Source: a virus
Reading direction: 5' to 3' (one strand)
Length of the DNA stretch: 64,000 bases
Virus record (IMG/VR): IMGVR_UViG_3300048573_000442
In this document: positions 19,612 through 28,014 of the stretch, piece by piece
How positions within the stretch are numbered: position 1 is the first letter of the stretch
Layout of the letters: the number at the start of each line of letters is the position of its first letter
Translations under genes and position numbers: made by a program
Notes under the pieces: generated by a model
What the model saw: only the letters and a program-made list of their open reading frames with translations
What the model was told of the DNA's origin: nothing
Databases searched by the model: none

Positions 19612-20180
19612 TTTATGCTCAATCTTATTGTCGTGTCTATTGGATAGTATCTTTTTCCGTATAAAGAATCCCAGAAGAAGGAAAATTTTGGTTTTGCCAT
19701 TGCAGGAACATTTTCAATTTCGAAAAGTTTATATTCGGCTCTAGCTGGCAGTTTAGACCATATTTTTTCGTGGGCCGCCTTATATTTAGTAGGTATTAAA
19801 TTGTAATGCTGGTAAAACCCCAATTTTTCAGTTTCTTTTAAAACGTGAGTAAACAATTCCCCCATATAATACAAAGAATTTTCAGAAGATTTATTTTCTT
19901 CGTGTGTTATCATTCTACGTAATATCCAAAATGGCAATGAGTCGCTAAATTGCACATTTATTGAACTCAAAAGGTCACCATTATCATCTATGAGCCCATA
20001 GGACCTGAACAATAAATTGTTATTTAGGAAATAGCAATTTTTTACAGTTTCATTTACGCTTGGATTGTTGATTAGTTCTTTTAGTACTTCTTCGTCTTTT
20101 ATTCCGAAAAAGGATTTTTGCGATTGAACCAAATTAGAGTATTGCAGCCAATTATCGATTGTTAATTGAATTATTTTCAT
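19608..20180 (-). CDS. Hypothetical protein, possible acyltransferase (GNAT-like) fold
   Basis: 190 aa within the cluster; only a weak beta/alpha pattern. Confidence 0.35.
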   Translation of the reverse strand: MKIIQLTIDNWLQYSNLVQSQKSFFGIKDEEVLKELINNPSVNETVKNCYFLNNNLLFRSYGLIDDNGDLLSSINVQFSDSLPFWILRRMITHEENKSSENSLYYMGELFTHVLKETEKLGFYQHYNLIPTKYKAAHEKIWSKLPARAEYKLFEIENVPAMAKPKFSFFWDSLYGKRYYPIDTTIRLSIK

Positions 20181-21081
20181 ATGTTGATATAAGTTGTTTC
20201 ACTGGTATATATGTGGTATCTGGAACACAAAGATCGCATTCATTATAAATTCTCTTATTCGTCATAGACAATCTATCTAATATAGATTCAGTTCCTGTCA
20301 TTTTGTATCTTAAAGATAGGCCCATGGCTTCTCTAAAAATGTAAGGTTTTATAGCAGATGATGTCAAAGTTTCAGACTGACTAAACAAATGCTTCATTCT
20401 TCTAGTATTTATGAAAGAATAAAAAAGCTCAGGCGAGTATAATATAAAGTTTGGACAACCAACCTGCCCATTTAAATAAAATGCTTTCCACCAAGAAAAC
20501 GTGTGCTCTCTTACGCAGTAATACCAATCGAAATCCTCTCCAATTTTTTTACATTCAAATACGGGGTCATCTCCAAGTATAAGATAGGAAGATTTTGATA
20601 ATAATTCTATAGCTTTAAGATAAGGCGCATAACCAGATTGTGAAGACTGATATTTTTTGCATAAGTCAAATGATTCCCCCGAGTCGTGTAAGTTAACAAC
20701 ATCTAATTCTATTACATGCAATTTGAGATTAAAACCTTTAGCAAAACTGATAGCTTTATTTTTGTCATAACTATTAAATCCGAAATCCAAAAAGACTAAA
20801 TCGGGAACCTTTCCGTATAAGAGAAAGGATTTAGCTATGAACTCGCTATCTATTCCGCCAGAATAGAGGATTGACATGTTGGAAACGCCATAGTGCTCGT
20901 CCATTATGTTCGCTGTTATAATAGCTTCTTCATTAAATCCGTAATTTTTTCTAATTGATGGGTTGAATGAGAATTTCATGACATCATTCACATGGGACCT
21001 TTTATTAAAGAATCCATCGTTGTACCCTATTTTAACATAATCATCCCATGTAAAGCTTTGCTTCATAATTTGACAATCCAT
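20152..21081 (-). CDS. PP-loop ATP pyrophosphatase family protein (asparagine synthetase/QueC-like)
   Basis: ILYSGGIDSE PP-loop. Confidence 0.65.
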   Translation of the reverse strand: MDCQIMKQSFTWDDYVKIGYNDGFFNKRSHVNDVMKFSFNPSIRKNYGFNEEAIITANIMDEHYGVSNMSILYSGGIDSEFIAKSFLLYGKVPDLVFLDFGFNSYDKNKAISFAKGFNLKLHVIELDVVNLHDSGESFDLCKKYQSSQSGYAPYLKAIELLSKSSYLILGDDPVFECKKIGEDFDWYYCVREHTFSWWKAFYLNGQVGCPNFILYSPELFYSFINTRRMKHLFSQSETLTSSAIKPYIFREAMGLSLRYKMTGTESILDRLSMTNKRIYNECDLCVPDTTYIPVKQLISTYENNSINNR

Positions 21082-22634
21082 TAAAATTTACCAGTGCCGT
21101 CCCAAGTTGGTGTAGGAGTTGGTGTAGGAGTTGGTGTAGGAGTTGGTGTAGGAGTTGGTGTAGGAGTTGGTGTAGGAGTTGGTGCCGCAACATACGGCCA
21201 AACCTGGACCCACACGTTAGCCACAGTGTAAAGCATTAATCTTCCCTGTGGCGATAATGAAGTGCTACTGTCGTACCAGGTTTGACCTGCTTGAGGATTT
21301 GAGGGGGGCGAACTGTTTGCTTGGTGGTTTATAGCATTTATAGCATTTTTCACAAATGCCGTAGTTGCAATAGTCGTATCATTCGAAGCAATGTTTGGCG
21401 TAGGGGCAGTTGGTGCGCCCAATAATGACACAGTTTCAACTGGTGCACCAAGTATGATCGTGCTAATTTGCGCGTTTTTGCTTTTGGATATTACCTTACC
21501 GTGGGTATTATCATAAATCCCGATTTCATTGTCGCTATTATACAAATACGCTTGAGATGCATTTGTTCCAGTTTTTTCAACCAGCACTCTCGCTTCACTA
21601 TTACCAACTTGCTTAATTACTCCATTAAACGTTTTATTGCCGTCTATCGTCTGATCGCCAGTTAAGTTGACCGTATCTGCATTCACTCCCAAATTCACCC
21701 GCGCAGTTGCTGCATCTGTTGCACCAGTCCCGCCATTAGCGATAGCAACAACGCCGATCACGTTTTCTGAAGTTCCTGGCACATGTGTAACAGCAGAACC
21801 AATTTCTCCCCAAGAAGTAAAAACTTGCTGTGCTTTATCCCTTAGTACCTCAACCTGCGTCAAACTTGCATTAACGCCATCGGGCATTAGTACCTTTAAA
21901 AACATTCTGAAACTTCCGCCAGTAGTACGATTGATAACCGTCCAAACTTTTTTATACGTGTTGGGGAATATCAGCGTCACATCAGAAGTTAAAACGCCAT
22001 TAAATATGAAAATTGGGTCAACTGCGGCTTCAGGGCCTATATAAAGCGTCGGTCCACTATGCGCAGTCAAATCTTGTATCTGAACACCGTTAACGACGCT
22101 ATGAACGAAAGCAGTAGTTGCAACCTGAGTCGTTTCAGTAGTAGCAATCGGTGTGGGAGACGTAGGGATCCCAGTGAGTGCTGGAGAATTGACATCGGCT
22201 TTGGGGGCAACTGCGTCTACAATTGCTTGTTGCAAGATTGCTGCAGAATCTGCAATCTCTTGCTGGAGATCAGAAACAATTGTGCCTAGAGCAGAAGACT
22301 GCCAAGCTCGAACCCAACCTATTGCTCCACTGGTAAAGTAAACATTTGTTTCTGCGGTAACTGTGGCGGTTTCAACACAAAGATACAGCGCTTTGTCCAC
22401 AGGGCTGAACCAAAGCTGACCAATTGTTGGGTTTGATGGCGCAGTATTAGATGCGAAATTTTCAAGCAGCTTAATAAAATTCTCTTGTTGAATTTTACCA
22501 TAACTAGCGGTGCCTTTGCCAGTAAGCTTTAAAGAAGTTGAAGTTGCATCAGTTGTCCTCTCCGGGACAATGATAGAAGATTTTCCAGGAATGCCTTCAG
22601 TTCCGGCACTTTCCCAATCAAGATTGTATGTCAT
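21081..22634 (-). CDS. Tail fibre / baseplate-attached fibre protein with a C-terminal Pro-Thr tail
   Basis: N-terminal TSLKLTGKG...QENFIKLLENFAS..APSNPTIGQLWF; two PTxPTP...ATTAFV fibre motifs; GGTGATDAATARVNLG; ends (PT)13WDGTGKF. Confidence 0.8.
   Translation of the reverse strand: MTYNLDWESAGTEGIPGKSSIIVPERTTDATSTSLKLTGKGTASYGKIQQENFIKLLENFASNTAPSNPTIGQLWFSPVDKALYLCVETATVTAETNVYFTSGAIGWVRAWQSSALGTIVSDLQQEIADSAAILQQAIVDAVAPKADVNSPALTGIPTSPTPIATTETTQVATTAFVHSVVNGVQIQDLTAHSGPTLYIGPEAAVDPIFIFNGVLTSDVTLIFPNTYKKVWTVINRTTGGSFRMFLKVLMPDGVNASLTQVEVLRDKAQQVFTSWGEIGSAVTHVPGTSENVIGVVAIANGGTGATDAATARVNLGVNADTVNLTGDQTIDGNKTFNGVIKQVGNSEARVLVEKTGTNASQAYLYNSDNEIGIYDNTHGKVISKSKNAQISTIILGAPVETVSLLGAPTAPTPNIASNDTTIATTAFVKNAINAINHQANSSPPSNPQAGQTWYDSSTSLSPQGRLMLYTVANVWVQVWPYVAAPTPTPTPTPTPTPTPTPTPTPTPTPTWDGTGKF
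21105..21182 (-). repeat. Perfect 12-bp tandem repeat x6.5 encoding (Pro-Thr)13
   Basis: (AGTTGGTGTAGG)n on the + strand. Confidence 0.97.
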
Positions 22635-22709
22635 TTTTTCTCCTGCGCCGGCTCACAAAAATTGTACAGCTAGGATAGACCGGTACACCACGCTGCGTTT
22701 GCATGATAG

Positions 22710-22717
22710 TATTTATA
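22710..22717 (-). promoter_or_regulatory. T4-type late promoter TATAAATA for the fibre and tailoring operon
   Basis: Exact match about 75 nt upstream of ATG 22634. Confidence 0.7.
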
Positions 22718-22736
22718 TTGGAACCCAAAAACAACA

Positions 22737-22769
22737 CAGGCCGTTGTCCTCCTTTTGAGCAACGGCCTG
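22737..22769 (-). terminator. Hairpin/terminator downstream of phoH
   Basis: 10-bp stem CAGGCCGTTG/CAACGGCCTG followed by TGTTGTTTTT on the minus strand. Confidence 0.6.
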
Positions 22770-22842
22770 GTCCAAGTGATTAATCGAAAAGTCCTTTAAG
22801 GGTTAGAAATGCTTTTTTAATCTGGCAATCTCCTTTCAATGG

Positions 22843-23592
22843 TTAACGTAGGTTGTTTAAAATTGTCTCAATCAATGGATGGCGCTGAATATCTCTCATG
22901 GACAGTTCCACTACACCAATGGAAGAACTTTTCCCACGGAGCGATGAAATCGCCCAATTCAATCCACTGTCTGATTCTCTTGGTAAGTCAATTTGATCTG
23001 TGTCCCCGTTTAGAGACATGATTGAATTTTCTGCAAGTCGAGTCAATAGCAATTTGATACCTTTTCGAGTTAGGTTCTGAGCCTCATCAATTAGGATGAA
23101 GCAGTCCCGTAAATTCCTACCTCGACAGTACGCAGTCGGCAAAAACTCGATTTTACCATCATCGAGCAATTTCTTTGTGACCGCTGGGCCAACGTGCTCT
23201 TCTACGCAGTCTAAGACGGACTGAAAGTGAGGCAAAATTTTATCAGCAACTTCACCAGGTAGAAAGCCAAGTTCTTCTGAACCTGCTTCCAAAATTGGCT
23301 TGGTAACAATAATCTTTTTAACTTTATTTGATGCTAGCATCTCAAGTGCATAGCGAGTGGCGATAGATGTTTTACCGCATCCTGCTGGCCCAGAACAAAA
23401 AGTAATATCGCACTCAGTTAAGAGGTCTAGATAATATTCTTGCCCTGGTGTCCTAGGCGCAAACTCGGAAGAGAAACGAATTTCCTGTTTAATAGGTTGA
23501 GGATATTTCTGCTTTTGCCTTTTTGGTGGCGAGACGTCATAGTCATTTTCAGCAGAATGGCTTCTTGCTCTGGAACCGCGTTTAAATGTCAT
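22843..23592 (-). CDS. phoH: PhoH family ATPase
   Basis: SGPAGCGKT, LGFLPG, RGR, LIDEAQN, GDTDQID, RHPLI. Confidence 0.95.
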   Translation of the reverse strand: MTFKRGSRARSHSAENDYDVSPPKRQKQKYPQPIKQEIRFSSEFAPRTPGQEYYLDLLTECDITFCSGPAGCGKTSIATRYALEMLASNKVKKIIVTKPILEAGSEELGFLPGEVADKILPHFQSVLDCVEEHVGPAVTKKLLDDGKIEFLPTAYCRGRNLRDCFILIDEAQNLTRKGIKLLLTRLAENSIMSLNGDTDQIDLPRESDSGLNWAISSLRGKSSSIGVVELSMRDIQRHPLIETILNNLR

Positions 23593-23683
23593 TGGTATTT
23601 TAGCCTTTTAAAATGTTTAAATGCCCTAACCGTCAACAGAAATTCGACAACTCTTAGATTGGTTCTCCTCTCAATTCTATTTA

Positions 23684-24061
23684 TTAGTCCTGGCTGGCTA
23701 ATACGCTTCTAATCCACGCAAGTGTAGAAACTGATTGTGGCTGATTTTCAGCATCTTCTAGATCAAACATTTTATTCAAGACCATTTGCGCGAGCCTTAC
23801 GTGTTCTTCGTCCTCTAGGGACTTGACCGCTTCAATAGCATCAGAACTAGTATACATGCCTGACGGAATAGCTTCTCTGGGCCAACGGCTTGGCCCACCG
23901 CCTTTAAACATTGATAGCGCGCCCGCAAGAGTAAAAATTTGAACATTATCGGTTACCTTTCCGTCGGTAACGATTTGCTGCAATGGCATATAAATGTATG
24001 GGGGAATTACACCTTCAATTAGGGAATTGCCGACTTTGGGTTTTAATTCATTCAAACGCAT
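23684..24061 (-). CDS. Late hypothetical protein with an MRLNEL N-terminus
   Basis: 125 aa; AGGAG RBS; TATAAATA at 24094-24101. Confidence 0.65.
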   Translation of the reverse strand: MRLNELKPKVGNSLIEGVIPPYIYMPLQQIVTDGKVTDNVQIFTLAGALSMFKGGGPSRWPREAIPSGMYTSSDAIEAVKSLEDEEHVRLAQMVLNKMFDLEDAENQPQSVSTLAWIRSVLASQD

Positions 24062-24093
24062 GAGTTCTCCTTGGGATAAATAATTTCATCAAG

Positions 24094-24101
24094 TATTTAT
24101 A
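24094..24101 (-). promoter_or_regulatory. T4-type late promoter TATAAATA
   Basis: Exact match 33 nt upstream of ATG 24061. Confidence 0.7.
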
Positions 24102-24118
24102 ACACTATAGGAGTAAAA

Positions 24119-24307
24119 ATGACTTCCCATCCGCCTCGTTCAACCTGGTCTTCATTAGAGCCAGCCAAATTGTATGAAGTCAGGTCATATCTCACGACGA
24201 TTTATTATGACATTCATAAATCAAACCCGCAACTAAGTAAACATTACTTAGCGCTCGTAGATGAATTATCAAACCTAATCCAACTCAGAACTGATCAGCA
24301 TTCTTAA
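24119..24307 (+). CDS. Small hypothetical protein
   Basis: AGGAG RBS directly upstream; occupies otherwise non-coding space. Confidence 0.5.
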   Translation: MTSHPPRSTWSSLEPAKLYEVRSYLTTIYYDIHKSNPQLSKHYLALVDELSNLIQLRTDQHS

Positions 24308-24693
24308 TCGGCATCATTTGGAGCAATGCCGAAAAAGTTTAAAACGATCAGCACGCCCCAAAATTGGAACACCCAAGTAATCCATGAAGCTTTCACAAAG
24401 GTGAAGTGCACTGCTAACTTTATTAGATCTATTACTACAAGGAATGGAATTAGTAGGGCTTCGCCCATATTATTCAAGTTGTTGGCGTAAGCATCAGCAT
24501 ACAAAGTTGGAGCTTTGTAGTTTCTAAAATCTGTCCCGAACATGAAGTCAAACAGCAGACCTACTGCAGTACAGACACTCATAATTAGTAAAACTGCGAC
24601 GAACCTGATGAAGAAATTTAAAGTCTTTTCAAGGCCAGCGCTTGCCATAAAGATAAGTGGAAATGCAATCAAAACCATGAAAAATACAAACAT
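24304..24693 (-). CDS. Membrane protein
   Basis: Several hydrophobic helices. Confidence 0.6.
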   Translation of the reverse strand: MFVFFMVLIAFPLIFMASAGLEKTLNFFIRFVAVLLIMSVCTAVGLLFDFMFGTDFRNYKAPTLYADAYANNLNNMGEALLIPFLVVIDLIKLAVHFTFVKASWITWVFQFWGVLIVLNFFGIAPNDAD

Positions 24694-24833
24694 TTTAAGC
24701 TCCTTTAGATAGAATGTTTAAATTCTATTCTACTTGGAGAAAAAAGTACAATTATTGTTGAACAAAATTGAAACTTCAGAAATCGCTTTTTTAGAAAGGC
24801 GACAATTTTGTTTGGACCAGGTTAAATTTTAAT

Positions 24834-25316
24834 TTAAACCCCTAGATAATCTTTGTAAATTTCCCTAAATGCGGACTTCTCAAATGAATTTCCGCCGATA
24901 GAAACATCTATGTCGGCTATATGCGAAAGGCGATGAAACTTGCCATTTTCATCCTTAAAGAACAAGCCTTTATTCACCCCCAACATTTTTGACTTCAGCT
25001 TTAGCCCATGAACATCTAGGTAACCGGTGCGGTCTTCTGAAGTCTTTACTGAAACTTTATCATCTGGTTGCGGTAAATGCTGCGCCCGATCTATTTTACC
25101 CAAAGCGTTGAATACTTTGCTCGAGGTAGAATATTCTACTTTGACTCCATTGATTTCGTCAATGTCAAAGAAGTATACAAGGATCAAGTCTTTAGAATTT
25201 GGAGAGCGAGCATAAACTGCAGGTCCACCACTTTTATAGTTAGTGTACTCGACTACTTTAAGCTTTTGTTTATCCTTAGTTAGGATAATGTCTTTTTGGA
25301 TTGGTACCACTAGCAT
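24834..25316 (-). CDS. Hypothetical protein
   Basis: 160-aa ORF. Confidence 0.6.
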   Translation of the reverse strand: MLVVPIQKDIILTKDKQKLKVVEYTNYKSGGPAVYARSPNSKDLILVYFFDIDEINGVKVEYSTSSKVFNALGKIDRAQHLPQPDDKVSVKTSEDRTGYLDVHGLKLKSKMLGVNKGLFFKDENGKFHRLSHIADIDVSIGGNSFEKSAFREIYKDYLGV

Positions 25317-25317
25317 G

Positions 25318-25503
25318 TTAATAATCCTCGTCTAGGTCATGTTCTTTAATGTCACGGAGATAATTTTTAAAATTGACGCGGCTTGAACGCTGTTCCAGTT
25401 TATCTTCAGTGATTTCGCGTTTTTTCTTTTTAGGCTTCCTACGCTTTTCTTGGGCATCATAGTCTTGTTCAAAATTTGCGTCAGGTCGATACGGGTGTTT
25501 CAT
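25318..25503 (-). CDS. Small charged hypothetical protein
   Basis: 61 aa, Lys/Arg and Asp/Glu rich. Confidence 0.55.
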   Translation of the reverse strand: MKHPYRPDANFEQDYDAQEKRRKPKKKKREITEDKLEQRSSRVNFKNYLRDIKEHDLDEDY

Positions 25504-25642
25504 TTCTGTTATGTTTGTTGATTTGGGGCAAAATTATCCATTATTGTCAGGGCAAGTCTTATTTTGGCATGTTTGAAAATGCAGAATGGTCGTTCCATTA
25601 TTTTAACGGGCAAAAACGCGTTAAACTTAAAAGTCGGCAAAT

Positions 25643-26713
25643 TCATTTTTTGAACATTTTCATTTTTAAATCTTTTGGTTTAATTTGCCCTGAAGGATTT
25701 CGTATTTCTAATTTAATCAGGCATTTTTCTGATTCGCACTTTATATTTATCTGTTTTCTTCTAATTGACGGATAAGTAAAACTTTTTATCACCATGTCTT
25801 CTAGCAGCGATGATAGAAAGCGTTCATCAATAATAACAGAATCAAATCCAGTTCGAGTTTTTCTTAAGTAGATGTAATCTGAACCAAACAATTTTCGAAT
25901 TGCAAGTTGACATGCTTCAGAAGTTCTTACATCTATAAGATGTTCATCTCGATCTTCAGTTGGGATTCTATGCTTGTATTCACGTAGGCCGTTCGTGACT
26001 AATTCTGGTTCGACCATAAACGGGGCAATCCATTCAATCCATTCAGATGAATTGACGTTCACTGAAAGATCTTCATTGAATGCTTTACTGATCCCAAAAT
26101 TTGCAACAGTAGACCCATTTTCATCTTTAACAGAAATGAACTTTTTGTCGTTCTGCATGCTAATAACTATGTCGGCAATAATTTCAGCGCTACTCAGCTT
26201 TGAACTTCTTCTCGTTGAACCTGTTCTTCTATCTATAGAAACAATTGATGGCAACAGTATTGTCGAATCTGCTTTCTGCAGTGCTTTTAAGGCACTCTCG
26301 CCAAGTAAATTATGTTCCCCTTTTAGACAGGCATTCATGCTGTTAAACAGTTCTAACTCAAATGATTCGCCTTTATTTGCTCCTGCAGCAATAACCAAGC
26401 CAAAGTTGGCGCCGCAATATTCCAGAAGAACTGACGAAAATTTTGAAGAATGCATCTTTGCATAAACTGAGCAAAACTTTATGCCAGATGTAGCAGCAAG
26501 GTCTGATTGAATTAGATCCCTGGTCGTTGATAATAAATCGCAGTTTGAAGTTGGCGCAATCCGTATTGGGTAAAACCCCGTTTGCTGCATTTTTAAATGC
26601 GCGGAAGTTTCATTAATTTGCTTAACAGGGATGTTAGCGGAAATGAAGCTAACAAGTTCTGAACATAAGCGGCCGATTCTTTGTTTTTCTGTTTTTGATA
26701 GGCTGTTAGACAT
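25643..26713 (-). CDS. Putative PD-(D/E)xK-type endonuclease
   Basis: GESFELEL...IADIVI...KFISVKD pattern (E...D...xSxK variant). Confidence 0.45.
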   Translation of the reverse strand: MSNSLSKTEKQRIGRLCSELVSFISANIPVKQINETSAHLKMQQTGFYPIRIAPTSNCDLLSTTRDLIQSDLAATSGIKFCSVYAKMHSSKFSSVLLEYCGANFGLVIAAGANKGESFELELFNSMNACLKGEHNLLGESALKALQKADSTILLPSIVSIDRRTGSTRRSSKLSSAEIIADIVISMQNDKKFISVKDENGSTVANFGISKAFNEDLSVNVNSSEWIEWIAPFMVEPELVTNGLREYKHRIPTEDRDEHLIDVRTSEACQLAIRKLFGSDYIYLRKTRTGFDSVIIDERFLSSLLEDMVIKSFTYPSIRRKQINIKCESEKCLIKLEIRNPSGQIKPKDLKMKMFKK

Positions 26714-26757
26714 TGACGAGAATGCGCTTTACTAGCGCTTATTATTTTAAATGCTAA

Positions 26758-26781
26758 AATGCCCCTTAAAATAGGGGCATT
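26758..26781 (-). terminator. Intrinsic terminator
   Basis: AATGCCCCT-TAAAAT-AGGGGCATT hairpin right after the macrodomain gene. Confidence 0.65.
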
Positions 26782-26784
26782 CTT

Positions 26785-27279
26785 TTATTCTAGGATCCAG
26801 AGATAATGGCTTAAGTGTGGGTACCTATTCATGTTCACATCAATGATGTCAGAAATGATGGCCCAATCCCCGCCTCCTAACCCAGCCCCAATTAGGGGAT
26901 AGTGGACAGCAACCGACCTAAATCCGCTTGCAATTTGTGCAATAGAATTGAATGAGGTATTTACTGCGCTGTAGCTCACGTACCTCTTCCCGTCCTTACC
27001 GAAATTTATCTGTGTAATAGCATTTGCTATTAGTAGATTTTCTTCCTCAATAGCATAAGGAATTACCTTACCTAATAGCTCTGATTGCGAGCCAGTAAAA
27101 TTGCGAACGAATGCATGGTATTCTTCAAAAGCTCCAGGCCATTTCTGTTTTACTCCAAGAGCGACGCCACTTCCCATTACTCCTTGAGCATTGCACCCGT
27201 GGACGATAATGTTGTAATCGTTATCTTTATAGACTGGTAAAGATGTGTCTAATAAATTCCCAAATTGTATTTGTTTCAT
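26785..27279 (-). CDS. Macrodomain (Appr-1''-p processing / ADP-ribose hydrolase) protein
   Basis: IIVHGCNAQGVMGSGVALGVKQKWP; PLIGAGLGGGDW. Confidence 0.9.
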   Translation of the reverse strand: MKQIQFGNLLDTSLPVYKDNDYNIIVHGCNAQGVMGSGVALGVKQKWPGAFEEYHAFVRNFTGSQSELLGKVIPYAIEEENLLIANAITQINFGKDGKRYVSYSAVNTSFNSIAQIASGFRSVAVHYPLIGAGLGGGDWAIISDIIDVNMNRYPHLSHYLWILE

Positions 27280-27608
27280 TTATGCGTTTTTATTATTTTG
27301 TCAATTAGCACATCTATTTCGCTGTGGAGGTCCTTTTGGGAAACTGCAGATGTGCAAAGGTTTTCAATTAGCGGAGTGCCATCTAATACTACTTCTCCCC
27401 ATGGCATAACACCAGCAGCTCTGCTTTTTCTTAGATTGAAAATGGCCGCTTTATGGGAGAAGGTCACATTTAACGGGCACAAATACACCCAGTAATCTGC
27501 AACCTGTCCGCGCCGAATTGCTAAGAATGAAACCCCTCCTTTGGGATCATTCTTAGCAAATGGCCACGTCCCTATTTTCGGCCGTAGATGGCGAAAAATT
27601 TCATTCAT
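27276..27608 (-). CDS. Hypothetical protein
   Basis: 110-aa coupled ORF. Confidence 0.55.
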   Translation of the reverse strand: MNEIFRHLRPKIGTWPFAKNDPKGGVSFLAIRRGQVADYWVYLCPLNVTFSHKAAIFNLRKSRAAGVMPWGEVVLDGTPLIENLCTSAVSQKDLHSEIDVLIDKIIKTHK

Positions 27609-28012
27609 TTAAACATTGAATAAATCGAAGCCTCGCAGTCAGTGAAAAATTGTAAGTTGTTCACTGCATCTAGTAGTAACGGGGAAGAACTGGTAATATA
27701 GTGAACTGCGAATTCTAAGGTATTAGTATCCCCCTTAACGACTAGTTCGCCGTCCCATTCTAGGGTCACGGAAATGGGCTCACCTTCTCCATATGGAGGC
27801 GCTGAAACCTCAAAAGCAATCCACCCAGAATCAAGTTCTAAATGCCATGAACCGTTCTCAGCTTCCCCTGAAGATAAAACTTGATTCAGTTCCCCTGTTT
27901 CTGGAGGATCTTCATCTTCTGGTGTATCACATGCTAAGTGACTTGCCAATACAATGTTATATAGTTTCCTTGGAATACTATGTAATAAATTCTTTGAAAT
28001 GTCTACTATCAT
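27605..28012 (-). CDS. Hypothetical protein
   Basis: 135-aa acidic coupled ORF. Confidence 0.55.
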   Translation of the reverse strand: MIVDISKNLLHSIPRKLYNIVLASHLACDTPEDEDPPETGELNQVLSSGEAENGSWHLELDSGWIAFEVSAPPYGEGEPISVTLEWDGELVVKGDTNTLEFAVHYITSSSPLLLDAVNNLQFFTDCEASIYSMFK

Positions 28013-28014
28013 TT

